Notes under the pieces: generated by a model
The model's input: only the letters and a program-made list of their open reading frames with translations
Databases searched by the model: none
What the model was told of the DNA's origin: nothing
Assembly: GCA_965153455.1 (NCBI GenBank)
Contig: OZ234493.1
Location: 7,244,213-7,308,212, forward strand
DNA length: 64,000 bases
Source: Sphagnum compactum
Lineage: Eukaryota
Direction of reading: 5' to 3'
In this document: piece by piece, positions 41,235-53,210 of the stretch
How positions within the stretch are numbered: the first letter of the stretch is position 1
Layout: every line of letters begins with the position of its first letter
Program-made: the position numbers and the translations under genes

Positions 41235-41559
41235 GTGAAAAAATATATCACTTTTAAGCTCCACAAAAAAATCATCTATAAACAAAATCAATCCTCCAAG
41301 ATTGGCAATTAGACTGAAATGTTCTATTGAGATAGATGTGAGATCAACTTTGATTCAAATTGATTCAAAATCTAATGTTGTGTTTACATTTGTATGTGAT
41401 CATACACAACATCATAAAGGAGTAGGAAATTTGAAAGGAAAATACCTACCATGTAGTTTTTGACAAAGTTGTTATAGTAAGTAATTTTGACACTTCAACT
41501 CTTCATATTGTTTTCTATTTCTGAGCCAATTTTTGTAATTATGATCTTGATGTGCTTGG

Positions 41560-43400
41560 ACCCATAGATGTTTAAACTGAGACAAATTTTTCTAACAAAC
41601 TTTCTTCCATGATTGTCGATGTTGGAAGTGTTAGGTTTGCATCCAGATCTTTTTCCATTTGCTCCTCAATGCCTTGAATGATTGTGAACAACGGTGTAGC
41701 AGTATTGGCCTCCAATGCAGCAAGTTGGAACTCGGTTCCAAATGCTTTTGTGATTCCTGTGTTATCCCATCCTTTCACAATCATGCTCTTCATCTCCTTC
41801 ACTTTCATCCATATAACATGTAACTAGCTACACATTCTTGGTTTCAGGTTACTCATCTTGAAATCAACATATGGTTCTTGTCCATTGTCAATATGTAATT
41901 TGATGATTGATGTAGTTCATGTATTGAACTCAACTTTGAATGCATGTTTTAGTGGTCATTGTAAAATCACATTTGTAGGTTGTAGTTCATTTGTGCAATT
42001 GGCTGGTATGAAAATGACCAAAATGTTGGGGTGATCTTCCTTCATTTAATTTAGAAACTCCTTGCTCTTGTGTATAGACTAGTAGTCCAACAACCATGCC
42101 ATTTTTAATGTTCTAGCAAACCTAATTGTTCAATTTGCGAATGCAGATATGGTAGTAGAATTTTGTGAACAAATATTTTTGTGGTCTTAAGGGTTGACCA
42201 ATGATTCCTACTAAAGGTGAGGTCCCATCCATTGTTGATGCACATGAATTTTCCTTCATTGTTTGGGGGCAATGTTTTATGCGTGGTACCTATAAAAACA
42301 ACTTGAGGGGGCATGAGCAATCCATCCACAAATGATGAAACAATGAATGTCACTTGTTTCTTGTCCTCAATCCCTAATACCTTGATGTGTTTTGCACCCT
42401 TAGTTTCCCATGTCCATTTTCTTGCTGTTGGCACGAGGTGTAATCTAGTTTGGTCACTTTTGACCATTAGGGCTACATGAATGTTGTAAGTTTTTATAAG
42501 GTAAACAACCTTGTACCCATTTTTCGTGCTTGCTGATCCTAATCATTTGGAAATTACTTGATGTTGTTGTTCCCATTTTGAAATTTTAGTTCATGTATTG
42601 TTTCAAAAATTGATGAATCCATTTTCTTGTGACCTTGAAACCTCTAGGTGCATCATGTATGACTTCACAAGTGGGAGATTCTATCATGCCCTGTACTATG
42701 GGTTGTATCATGGAGGTAGAAAGTGGTTGACATGCATCTTTCATTTTCTAGAGCATGGTAACCAAGGTATTTCGAAATTCTGGATACTCTTTAAATACCA
42801 ACATGTTGTATTTGGTCTTCTTTATGGTAGTCCCAAGTTATTATGCATGAATGTAATTTGGTTTTAGATCACCATGGGGTTTAAACCAATCCCACAAACT
42901 TGCCCTCCCTAGTTTCTCATACAAACTTGGGACTCTAGGCTTCTTGTAGGATGTTTTTAAGAAGTGCATGGCTCGAGAATTGTTATCATGTTTCTTTACA
43001 GTAGCATGATGGGTGGCTAAACATCCGAGACAATCTAGTTGGTGTACTCCCCCCTTCTCTTTTACTAATTTCCAATTTTTATGTGTTGTCTTTCACTTGC
43101 TTCTCCATTGGCCTCTTCACTTACCTTCTAACTTCTTGTTTGATTTCTCGGTGTAATAACAACTTTGCAATATATTTCCATGGCCTACCTATTGGTTGCT
43201 TCTCCACTGGTTTCAAAATAGTTTTGTCTGAAACAATATATGCATTGAGTATATATATCTCATGTTGTAATGCAATATCTCTTTCCTCACTTGTAATTTT
43301 CTTGAAGATAGAAATAATTGTATTTTGATGCAACTTTTGGTTTTCCATCTTTCATTAAACACTCAACAAAATCCTTGCAAAATCCTTGCTCTAAACCAAC
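41560..43400 (-). mobile_element. Second decayed pogo-like DDE_1 transposase (different subfamily)
   Basis: Fragments DQTRLHLVP...TWETKGAKHIKVLGIEDKKQVT...PPQVVF...NHWST...WLLDY*SIHKS...ILVIFIPANCTNELQP...PLKHAFK...IVKGWDNTGI, with stops and frameshifts. Confidence 0.82.
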
Positions 43401-44149
43401 AAAAATATTTTTACAACAATTGTTCACATCACTCCATCTTGCTTCTATCAAAACATAATTTAGAAGCAAAACATAATCTAACACAATCTTAGAAAGTAAG
43501 AGGCTTGGAAAATTGATGGTAGTTCAAGAAAGAATCTAGCACAAATTTTTTCTTGTTTTCAAGAAATTGAAGATTAAAATGGATGAATAATGCTTTACAT
43601 CCATGTACTATAAAATAATAACTAATGAATTTTATTATCTGGATTTTTAAAATTTATTTATTTTTAATTTTAAAAAATGCCAAAATGAAAATTTTCAAAA
43701 TAAATTAAATATTTGGCATTGAATTGTCGAAATAGCCAAGGTCCTATGGTAATGTAAGCTATTATATACAATGCATTACAAAGACTTATAAACCTTGGCT
43801 TTGCTCTTTAATTCTTTGTGCCGAAAAGGTGTTGTAGGAGCTCTAGGAATATATTAAAATGAAATGTTTCCCATTCAATCCTCTCAATCACATCCATTAC
43901 ATAAACCAAACAAATAGTTAGATGGTTACTGTAATTGGAACCAATTTTGGTCATGGGGAGGTCATTCCCATTTTATTCCCAACAATGTGCAAAAAAATGG
44001 TGCAATTTACTGAAAATATATATAATCTATTGCAATGTAAATGGGGTGCCTATAATTGATTAAGATATGATTATTACAATGCAAATAATATGCTTATTCA
44101 AAATATGATTAAAATATAACTATAATATTCCATTATTTTATAGCATATT

Positions 44150-45059
44150 AAAAAAATCCTTTTATTTTAAATGTTCCATAAAATATACAAGGAGTGAACT
44201 CCTTTGGATTTTGGTTCATGAACTAGCCATGAATTCACATTGGACTCATTGTGGTTTAGATTACCATGGTTTATACTTGAAAGGAGATATTAGTTTTTCA
44301 TAACTTTCCATGGAGCTTACCATGAAACGACAAATTCCCACCTTGGGCTCCCCACACACATGTTTGATTTTGAAACAAAAGTTGTTGTCAAATTTCATAT
44401 GGCCATACTCCCTTTAAATGCAACCAAACACTATGAGAAAATCATGTCTATCTAGTTGTAACCTAGGAGACTTTTAAGTTGTAATTTAGATCTATCAAAC
44501 ACTTTTTAATTGCGGACAAGTTGCAACACATACAATTTTCTAATAATGAAATCACATTTTATACTAATCCTTAAAGAGATCTTTCCAATATTATATCAAG
44601 CTTTTAAATTGGACACAATTTTCTTTCCAAATTGCACTATAATTGTGCGAGACATTTATGGACAATAGAAAACATTAAAGACATTTTTGTTTTGACTTTT
44701 TGAATTGTCTTACAAGTTTAAAATGGTTTTTTGAGGGGCATGTTGCTCTATCTATTATAACTCATTTCAAGAGCTTTGTAATGATATAAAATCACTAATT
44801 TTAAACAAGGTCTAATCTTTGATCCCCAAACCTTGCTCAAAAAATTTGAAACTATGTGAAAGTCCCCATTCCCAAAATAAAATTCCCAAAAAAGAAACAC
44901 ATGGGAAAGTGTTGGAGGTTTCTCACTTTCACATGGTGTCACACATTTTCAAGTCACTTCAAGAAATATTTCACCCATGCAATGCCTTGGCATCATAATC
45001 AACTTATTTCCCTTGTTTTGCCTAGCCTTGGTCACAAGTCCAAAGCTAAGGTCACAACA
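44150..45059 (-). mobile_element. Decayed solo-LTR-like repeat
   Basis: The minus strand begins TGTTGTGACCTTAGCTTTGGACTTGTGACCAAGG at 45059 (TG start). It is homologous to 39590-40272; no internal retro-domains are seen and the far end is not defined. Confidence 0.4.
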
Positions 45060-46902
45060 TAAGGATTTCCATGACTATGTTCACATTACGTTTTACAATT
45101 TAATGGATTTCAAAGTAGAGAAAAAAAATTGTTCAATTTAACACACTTGACATTCATAAGTAAAGGAACTATTTAATTTGAAATTTTTTTAATGAAATTT
45201 CTATTTTGGTTCCACATCACTTGACTATATGGAACAATTTCATAAAAATGTAATTGTTATGATACAACAATTAGGACTTCTTACATTTTTTGTCACCTTC
45301 AATGAACAAGTTTAGCATATGAAAATGCATAGGAAAATTATCACACAAAAGTAGTGATATAAGTTCAAATATAAAAAAGGGTATTTACTCAAAATGCCGC
45401 CATGCGAACTTTTGGAGGCATCTCTACCTTCAAAACATTAAGGTGGGTTGGTGATATTTTCAACTTCTATTTGGATCAGTCCAAATATGATACCACATGA
45501 CACACATGTTGATACTTGATACCATTTTGTGAATCAAAATTCTCATAGGAGGATTTTTGTATTTTCATACATAAAATTCATATTTCTGAATATTGTTCAT
45601 TAATTGTTTCTACAAATAATGTAATTAGTGTCAAAGCCCATCACAAGAAACTCAGAAATTAAAGCTTTATTTTTCACATTTCCAAATCTTTAAATTAAAA
45701 TTCCAACTGGCATAATTTCGGCAGCACAATAAACACTGAAAGGGCTCCAACATCCCCTTAACAAATAGTAGTACCCTGTTGTTACTTCTATTAATCAGAT
45801 GGAATTCCTCTCAACATTTAATTTTTTTGTTTTGGAGGGGCAATGAATCATTTTGATTGGCCCATCACCCAAAAAAGAAAAGAAGGAAAAGAAAATTAGA
45901 ACCTCCTCAAACAAACTAGAAGTTTTTATGTGAAGATGTAATGCGTCCCCCTTTGGCCCAATCTATATAAGTGAGAAGGAGAGAACCTTGGGCAAACCAC
46001 ATGAGTTGAAAGTGTGGTGCTATTGGGAAACCCTAAACCTGATATTGGTATAAGGCAAGTATCTATCTACTAGTTTGAACCTCGTGCCTAATGCACAGGT
46101 GTGTGTGTATTTGACTATACATATTACAAAAATTACAACTAACAAACTACATTTCCAAAACCTCTCTATATACCACATTGCTAGGTTTTTTTTGGGGGAA
46201 TTTATTTTCATTGTTTCAACCTGAAATTTATTTTTTCTACACATTCTAACATTTTTTGTGAAAAGGAATGGCCCTAATCGCCAAATTTAGAAAAAATAAT
46301 TTAAATTCGCCAAATACATATAAAGCATAAATATTCTTAAATGTTTTATTCACTGTCATTTATATGGTCTATAGCCTAATTTGGCTAAATCCTCTTCGTG
46401 GGATAACTAATCACAAAAATTGAAAGAAAGCAAACCCTGTATAATAGGGTGTTTTTTTTTCAAATTCCTTAGGTAGGTGCAATGGCGAGGATCCCCAGCT
46501 TTAATTTACATTAAATGGCGACTGTCCTAGGTGGACAGTAGAGTTTTTTCTGCCATCCTGCCTAAATCTAGGCGAGCTACATGGACTCACTGTTTAAATC
46601 TGGCGAATTTTTCCTTTTTTGAATTTTTTTTTCTAAGAAATATGGCGAATGTTCTGGAAGTTCTTTTTTTGAATTCCTTCCTAGAGGTCCCACTGGGTTT
46701 TTGTTTGTTGCCACTTGGCGAAATTTTGCCCAAAAAAAAAAAAAACGCTGCTATATAATGTGACTATTTCTACGCGTACAGCAAAATCGTAACCACATGG
46801 GCTGCTGTGATGCCATCCATGGATGGATGACAGGATGGATGGATGGATGACGGGACAGATGAATAGATGGAAAAAGCTTCACGACCACGACGTCCTTTAC
46901 TA

Positions 46903-47616
46903 TCTTATATATTAATTCACTTGGTCTGTCAGTGTGTTTGTCTGAACCTGTCCATTCCGACCTATTAACAGTCTCTGCGAGGCCGATTTTGCAACCCCCC
47001 ACCTTGGTCTGTCAGTGTGTCTGTCTGAACCTGTTCATTCCGACCCGTTAACAGTCTCTGCGAGGCCGATTCTGCAACCCCCCAGATGACAGAAACGAGG
47101 TCCCGAAATGAGCCACACCTGGCCTGAAATGTTCCAACGCCAGGTGCAGGTCGTGGTGGCGGAGAGACACGATTCTGCAACCCCCCAGATGACAGAAACG
47201 AGGTCCCGAAATGAGCCGCACCTGGTTTGAAATGTTCCAGCGCCAGGTGCGGGTCGTGGTGGCGGAGAGACACACTCTCGTTGGATCCTCCGTCTCCCCG
47301 CACAGACATCAAAGCAAAATTTGCGGAGCCCACATAAGATTTCTAGGCATGTAATGGATTTTAAATAAAGTGACCATGCAGGAAACTCTTTTTTTTCCCC
47401 TCCAGGAAATGTGGCGATTTTTTTTTTTTTTGAAAATTTTCCAAAATGCTCGCTTCACCATGTATGTTTTCATGGGGGACATTCCAACTGATTTTCGTCA
47501 CAAAAAATAAATAAAATAAAAATAAAAATAGCTGCTTTGCGCCTTTGTGTGTGTCTCTCTTGGTTTAAAGAAACCGGGGGACTTCACAGTGTCCAAAGGT
47601 CACGGGTACCCACTAG
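46903..47616 (+). mobile_element. Young non-autonomous Helitron
   Basis: 5' end A|TCTTATATATTAATTC and 3' end CTAG|T at 47613-47617, with no TSD. An imperfect subterminal hairpin cagtgtcc-aaa-ggtcacgg precedes the CTAG. The interior is CpG-rich and holds 83-bp (46921/47004) and 103-bp (47068/47171) tandem duplications. Confidence 0.75.
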
Positions 47617-47829
47617 TATGTAATGAAGGAAGGTAGTCTGTTTGTTGGGCCCTGCCCCCCACACGGACAGGGACAATCGCGTCGCATCCAACTCTTGTTA
47701 AAACCTTATTAAAACCGGTTTCACATTAGATGAACCGGTTTCTTTGGTGAAAGCATTTAGACTGTTTACATTGGAACGGATTGTTTTGGTGTTCACAGTG
47801 TGGACACAGTAAGTAGATGTACAACCTCT

Positions 47830-48427
47830 TATCTATTGGCAGGGCCGGCGTGTTTGTGATGCCAGTTTGTTTGTTTTGTTTTGTATTTATGAGATACACT
47901 GAACCGGGATGCTTCAGATATGACGTTCTTGGTCTCTTTGGAAAGCTCTCGATGAGGAAGGGTGCAGTGGCTTGGTTCCATGGCATTTGGACTTGCAGTG
48001 CAAAAGTTCTTGAATATTGAATGATCTCTTCACTGAAAGTCAGACTAAATCGTAGCTGAAAATTTCAGAGGAATTGGGATGTGCCTTTGGTGTTGCTGGA
48101 AAGATCTTGACGAGCAGAGCAGAGTTTAATGGAATTTATTTGGTAAAATGTGGATTCAGAATGTGCGAGATATTGATTTTGGAGTGGATTTCTGCCGCTG
48201 CTGAAAATTCAAATAAATTCCCAAAAAAACCAGGTTTTGGAAGGAAAAAAAACAGTTGAGAACATGGTAACAGTTTGAAGGCTTACCATTCAATTAAAGC
48301 ATGATATCCTTTCATATTTGGCTGTTCAAAAAATTGATACATACATTGCAAAACAATGTTCACATGTTGAGTTTTCCCTATTTTGTAATGGGTTCACACT
48401 TTGGGCTGATGGCATAGGTCACACTAG
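47830..48427 (+). mobile_element. Non-autonomous Helitron-like element
   Basis: A|TCTAT near 47832, ends cacactag|t at 48427, and has a homologous decayed copy at 37262-37675. The 3' hairpin is weak. Confidence 0.55.
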
Positions 48428-49186
48428 TAATACCTAATATGATATGATGATCTCAGGCTTATACTAAATTGGTAATGGTAAATGGTGGGTATGGTCTCAA
48501 GTCATACCCAACAACTAGTATGTTCTTCAATATGAGTATCACATACCCAGGTTGCATGCCCACCGTATATACCATGACAACATTGCAAAAGACCGACCCA
48601 CCCACCGAGCTAACCACCATGGTTGTTAGCTAGGGACCTTGAACCCGGGTGAACCAACACCTACAATGGTGCCTTCACCTTCTTGAGTAAGGTCTCTTAG
48701 TGGCCCATGGTAAGTAAAGCCCAAGAGATGTTAGAATTGGACTCAAGAGACTCAGATTTCTCCTAAGCATGGGGATATTTATAATATTTAGAAGCAATTT
48801 AAATGAAATTTTGGTGTTTTTATACTGTGGTACAAATCAGTGATTTTTTATATTATTATTATTATTATTATTATTGGCGAGAATTGAAAGGAAAACCCTG
48901 AATTTCGCCACAACCAAGAAGGAAAAGAAAAGAAAAGAAAAGAAAAGAAAAGAAAAAAACTCGTTGAAAACAAAAGAAAAAAGAAAGAAAAAAGAGATGC
49001 AAATTGTTATGAGAATTGAGAGGGAAAAAGTCAACAGATTCCGCCGAAACGAGCATATTCTTGAATTGATTCTCTTTGATTCATTATTCGCGGCAATCGA
49101 TGAGGATCATCTGACTCACAAAAGTCAACAGATTCGCTCAAAACATATATCTATATATATATTCTCCAACCAATTATGAGATTCCC

Positions 49187-49388
49187 CGAACGAACGAACG
49201 AACGAACGAACGAACGAAAGGACGAACCAAACTTGAAAGGTCAAAGTCCTTGTCTCCCAGATGTGGGACCGGACGAAGGATCCTGACGTGTGGGAGCCCA
49301 GGGAGTACCAAATTTCCGTAGGACGAGTGCGGGGGGAGAAGAGAAGAGAAGAGAAGAGAAGAGACGAGAGGAGGAGGAGGAGGAGGAT
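49187..49388. repeat. Microsatellite cluster (CGAA)n, (AAGAG)n, (GGA)n upstream of the 534-aa ORF
   Basis: Visible directly in the sequence; probably 5' UTR or proximal promoter. Confidence 0.8.
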
Positions 49389-49446
49389 TTAGATCTTGTG
49401 TATGTTCTTTGTGGAGAGGACTGAGGAGGAGGAGTAGTAATATGTA

Positions 49447-51051
49447 ATGGAGGAGTTGCAAGCTGTTGGTGCAGCAGGAAGATGGAAAGAAGAAGCAGAA
49501 GAAGAGGAGGAAGAAGAAGAAGACAGTAGTGGTAGAGTTGAGAAAGCGGTGGAGTTCAAGGAGAGGATGACTCCAGTTAGTAGTGTTACTAGCTCTACGA
49601 CGCTGAATGGCAGGAGTAATGAAGCTGCTGCTGCTACTGTAGAAGTAAGGCGTGGAAGCTTCTCCTCCTCTTCTGATCCGGTTCGACGGCAAGCCGTAAC
49701 TACAAAGAAAGGGAGGCCTCCTCAACTGTTTTCTCAAGCTGTTGCCCCTTCTTCCACAGAACAAGGAGGTGTATTCGGTAATTTGTCACAACGCCAAGAC
49801 GACGACAACGACGATGTTGTGAAGAAGAAGAAGCTTCCGGCAAAGCAAAACCCATCAACATCGACCCATGACGCCCCTCCTCACCCACAAGGAGGCGGCC
49901 TTCCCCGACCCACTTACAGACGCCCGCAGCAGCAGCAGCAACAGCAGCAAAGCAGTTACGACTACGACAGTTCCGTGGGGGGAGCAGCAGCGCCTGGAAT
50001 GACCCTGAAGAAGAAGAAGAAGAAGGAGCCTGCTGGGGTGGTGGTGGTTCCGGCTGATCAGGGTTTCAGCATGAGTACACACGCTAGAGAACGGTCGCCA
50101 TCATCGTCCTTCTTCTCCAATGAACTTGGAATTCCTCCAGATCTACAGGCTCCGCCAGATAATCATCAGGATTTCAGCATGATTACGCAAGCTGGAGAGA
50201 GGCCACCCTTTGACGAGTTCGGAATCCCTCTGCATCTAAAGGCTTCTCCAGATCATCATCATCAGGATTTCAGCATGATTACACAAGCTGGAGAGAAGCC
50301 ATCCTTTGACGAGTTTGGAATTCCTCTACATCTACAGAACTCAAGTGGTGGTGGCAGAGGCAGTAGCAGAAACATTCAGGATTTCAGCATCATCACCACT
50401 CACGGAGGAGATGATCCTGACGAGATTTCATCTTTCACCGATCCGAGACTGTTCTCTTCCTATCAGAGCAGCTTCAACCAAAGAGCTGGAGCAAATGGTG
50501 GATACCAGGATCAATACAGCACACCTGATGTTGGAGATGTACCTCTATACAAGCCAACACGACCAGGAAAACAGCAGCAGCATCAGCAGCATCAGCATCA
50601 GCAGCAGGGACTTAGGCGTGGGCACACCATGCCCACCCATCATGACAAAGGTCAGCAACAGATAGGGTACTGGGAAGCGTTAGAAGCTGAAGAGCATGCA
50701 CATCCGGTTATGCGGCACGAAACTCGTCATCACGCCATGTCCTTACCAAGAACAGCAAGATACCAATCCTCTGACAATCAAATCCCTGAGATGTACAAGA
50801 GAGCACCACCACACAAGTTTGCCGAATCTCCCCGATCCCCTAATTTTGAAGCTGCTCCAGCTCCTCGACGATCTCCTGGACCTCGCTACTACGAAGGTCC
50901 AGGACATCGAGAGAATCAGTCTGCCATGGATTCCAACGATCCAGACAGATTCAACACTGTACAGTATGGAATGCGGCAAAATCATAGAGGGAAAACTTCG
51001 ACCCAGTGGAAAACAGAGAATCCAGATGTCGTTTGTTGTACTATCCTGTGA
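49447..51051 (+). CDS. Intronless 534-aa low-complexity protein with three internal repeats and a C-terminal CaaX (CCTIL); function unknown
   Basis: 1605-nt uninterrupted ORF with GC above background and start context gtaATGG. Contains poly-E/K/Q tracts and repeats (F)DEFGIPxxL...QDFSMITQAGE. Ends KTENPDVVCCTIL*. Confidence 0.85.
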   Translation: MEELQAVGAAGRWKEEAEEEEEEEEDSSGRVEKAVEFKERMTPVSSVTSSTTLNGRSNEAAAATVEVRRGSFSSSSDPVRRQAVTTKKGRPPQLFSQAVAPSSTEQGGVFGNLSQRQDDDNDDVVKKKKLPAKQNPSTSTHDAPPHPQGGGLPRPTYRRPQQQQQQQQSSYDYDSSVGGAAAPGMTLKKKKKKEPAGVVVVPADQGFSMSTHARERSPSSSFFSNELGIPPDLQAPPDNHQDFSMITQAGERPPFDEFGIPLHLKASPDHHHQDFSMITQAGEKPSFDEFGIPLHLQNSSGGGRGSSRNIQDFSIITTHGGDDPDEISSFTDPRLFSSYQSSFNQRAGANGGYQDQYSTPDVGDVPLYKPTRPGKQQQHQQHQHQQQGLRRGHTMPTHHDKGQQQIGYWEALEAEEHAHPVMRHETRHHAMSLPRTARYQSSDNQIPEMYKRAPPHKFAESPRSPNFEAAPAPRRSPGPRYYEGPGHRENQSAMDSNDPDRFNTVQYGMRQNHRGKTSTQWKTENPDVVCCTIL

Positions 51052-52531
51052 TGCTAACAAATACTAAATTCTTCTCCAGCGATGGTTTCCTCCTTGGCAC
51101 ACAGGTAGATGGTAAAATACTCCAATGCAGCTTATTGTACCTTCACCATGAACAAAGATGATATTTTCAGAATGCAGGTGATGCTTGATACGATCTGCAA
51201 TTTGCTGCTTCTCCAGCAAATTCCTGAGATTTTGTCTTTTTCTCCCCTTGTTCAAAAGTGTTTGTGCAAGGTGGATGTGGCAGGCTGCTTTGAGTTCAGA
51301 CGTCGTGATCATAAAGGAGGAGATCTGCAAGGGATCACATGTTTCATCTCAAGGAGAAACCAAAGAGAGCAAGAACAATAATTGCAGCCAGCTTGCCAGC
51401 AGCCATCATGTAAAATGTCTTACTGTCACCCATACATTCCATAATCCACAGCTTTGTGAGGAAGGGGAAGATAGTAGTAGTAGAATCTTTTATGCAATGT
51501 TGCTGTAGGAGAGATTGTCTCTTGAACCATCCTTTGTGACAAAATTCACGCCTCAGATTCAACTCCCCTTTGTCTGAATAAATCTGGTGTAGTGATTTGC
51601 AAATGATGTCCTTGTTTTCCTCCCTCAGCTCAGCTGCTGAACTCCAGAGCTGATCACCGGGTCACTGCACAACAACAGCTATGACAATGCAAAATCTCCG
51701 AACATTGAAGTGAAAAACTGCATCCTTGGAAGCACAATCACTGACTTCTCTCCAGCACAGATCCTAGACATTTCAGCTTCTGCCGCAATCTACACATTTA
51801 TTGGAAGGTTTGGTTCCCTGCTAGAATCTATGATATGGGTCCTCCACATTCTCAGATAAACCTTGTCTATAAAACACATACATGAAGCTAAAGAAACAAT
51901 GCTTCTAAATATGCACAAATAATGTCATAGTACAGACCTGAACTCTGTTGGCTTGCTTGAATACACTTGAAGAATGCATTGCTTGGGAATTCCACCCAAC
52001 GTCTTGTATGACTGCAAAACTGTGATCAATTTTCAGTTACATGTACAATTTTTGGTGGCATTTGTGAAGAGTGCATGCAATATTCAACTGTAAGATGGCA
52101 AACTTAGGCATGATCTGCCAGACTTCGTCTCCTTTTGATACCAAATAAATTCATGAATGTGTGATCCATCCTCGTGCCCAAAGTCCAAGGATCTCACAGT
52201 CATATCCACAAAAACCAGAAAGTTGATAGTTTCTTTCTCAGGATCACAATGGTCAGAAAACTTTGCTACTGTAACCCCAACAATGTAGCAACCCACTCAC
52301 CCACCAACCCCAAAGAAGCCTGCAGCAACCCACCAAGCTGAGGACACAACCCTGCAACCACCATTCACGAGACCTAAAGGTCATTCTTGCACACTTTTTC
52401 AGATTTACATTTGTATGTTTGCATTCTACACATTGAGAGAGGTGTGAGGAAATCTGAACAACTGTGCCTCTGGGGAGGGAGAGGAGAGAGAGAGAGAAAG
52501 AGGATTTAGACAGGTTTAAGAGAAGAACCCA

Positions 52532-52544
52532 AAACCCTAAACCC
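52532..52544 (+). promoter_or_regulatory. Telo-box (AAACCCTAA) in the presumed pseudouridine synthase promoter region
   Basis: aaaccctaaaccc, with a second copy at about 53200. Telo-boxes are known near plant translation and RNA-processing genes; function here is untested. Confidence 0.35.
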
Positions 52545-53210
52545 TTCCTGCCATCGACTATAGCTCCCGCCTTCCTTGGGTTCTTTCGCAACATTCTCCC
52601 AAAAAGCATTTAGCAGCTTCTCCTGAACGGAGTTGCCTAATCTACAAAACTTTAGGTTTGTGGAAAACACACACACACACTCACATCTCTGTGTGTGTGT
52701 CTGTGTCTCTCTGTGTCTGGAGTTCCTTGCCCTGAAGGTCTGTCTCTCCAGAGAATGGAAGTACAGGTTCCGAATGCCGCCATTTCATGGTGGAAGCAAA
52801 AGCCATAGAGAGGAAAAGCTCAGCTGCAGCTTCCTTCTTCACACAGTAGTGACACGCAGTGGCTTTGGGAAGGCGAGCAATTCATCAATTGGACGGTTGT
52901 GTTCTGATCATGATGTCCGAATCATCAAGAGCAGTCTAGGATCAAGCCTCGTTGCTGCTTGCTCAACAAAACAAACTCGGAAACAAATCTCACCAGACCT
53001 CGCCAAGGTTTAGTAATTGCAAAAAACAGTAGCAGCAGCAGCAGCGCTTGCTGGTATGTATTTCTGGTACCTACCCACAACCCTTTTTCTTTCACAGACT
53101 GCTTGAAGCTGCTGTAGTAGGCATAGCTACTGCTGCAGGAATTCGCTCATTTCTCAGTTTCTGTGCTTGCTTGCTTGCTTCCCCTGGAAGCAAGCAAGCA
53201 AACCCTAAAC

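Noticed and set aside
46965-47333. 122-aa repeat-containing ORF
   Set aside because: It is a by-product of GC-rich tandem duplications inside the Helitron, with a non-ATG start and no family similarity.
48595-48660. tRNA/SINE-like boxes
   Set aside because: The A-box-like and B-box-like motifs are in the wrong order on the minus strand and there is no cloverleaf.
49174-49764. 196-aa minus-strand ORF
   Set aside because: It is the antisense shadow of the purine-rich start of the 534-aa gene and its microsatellites.
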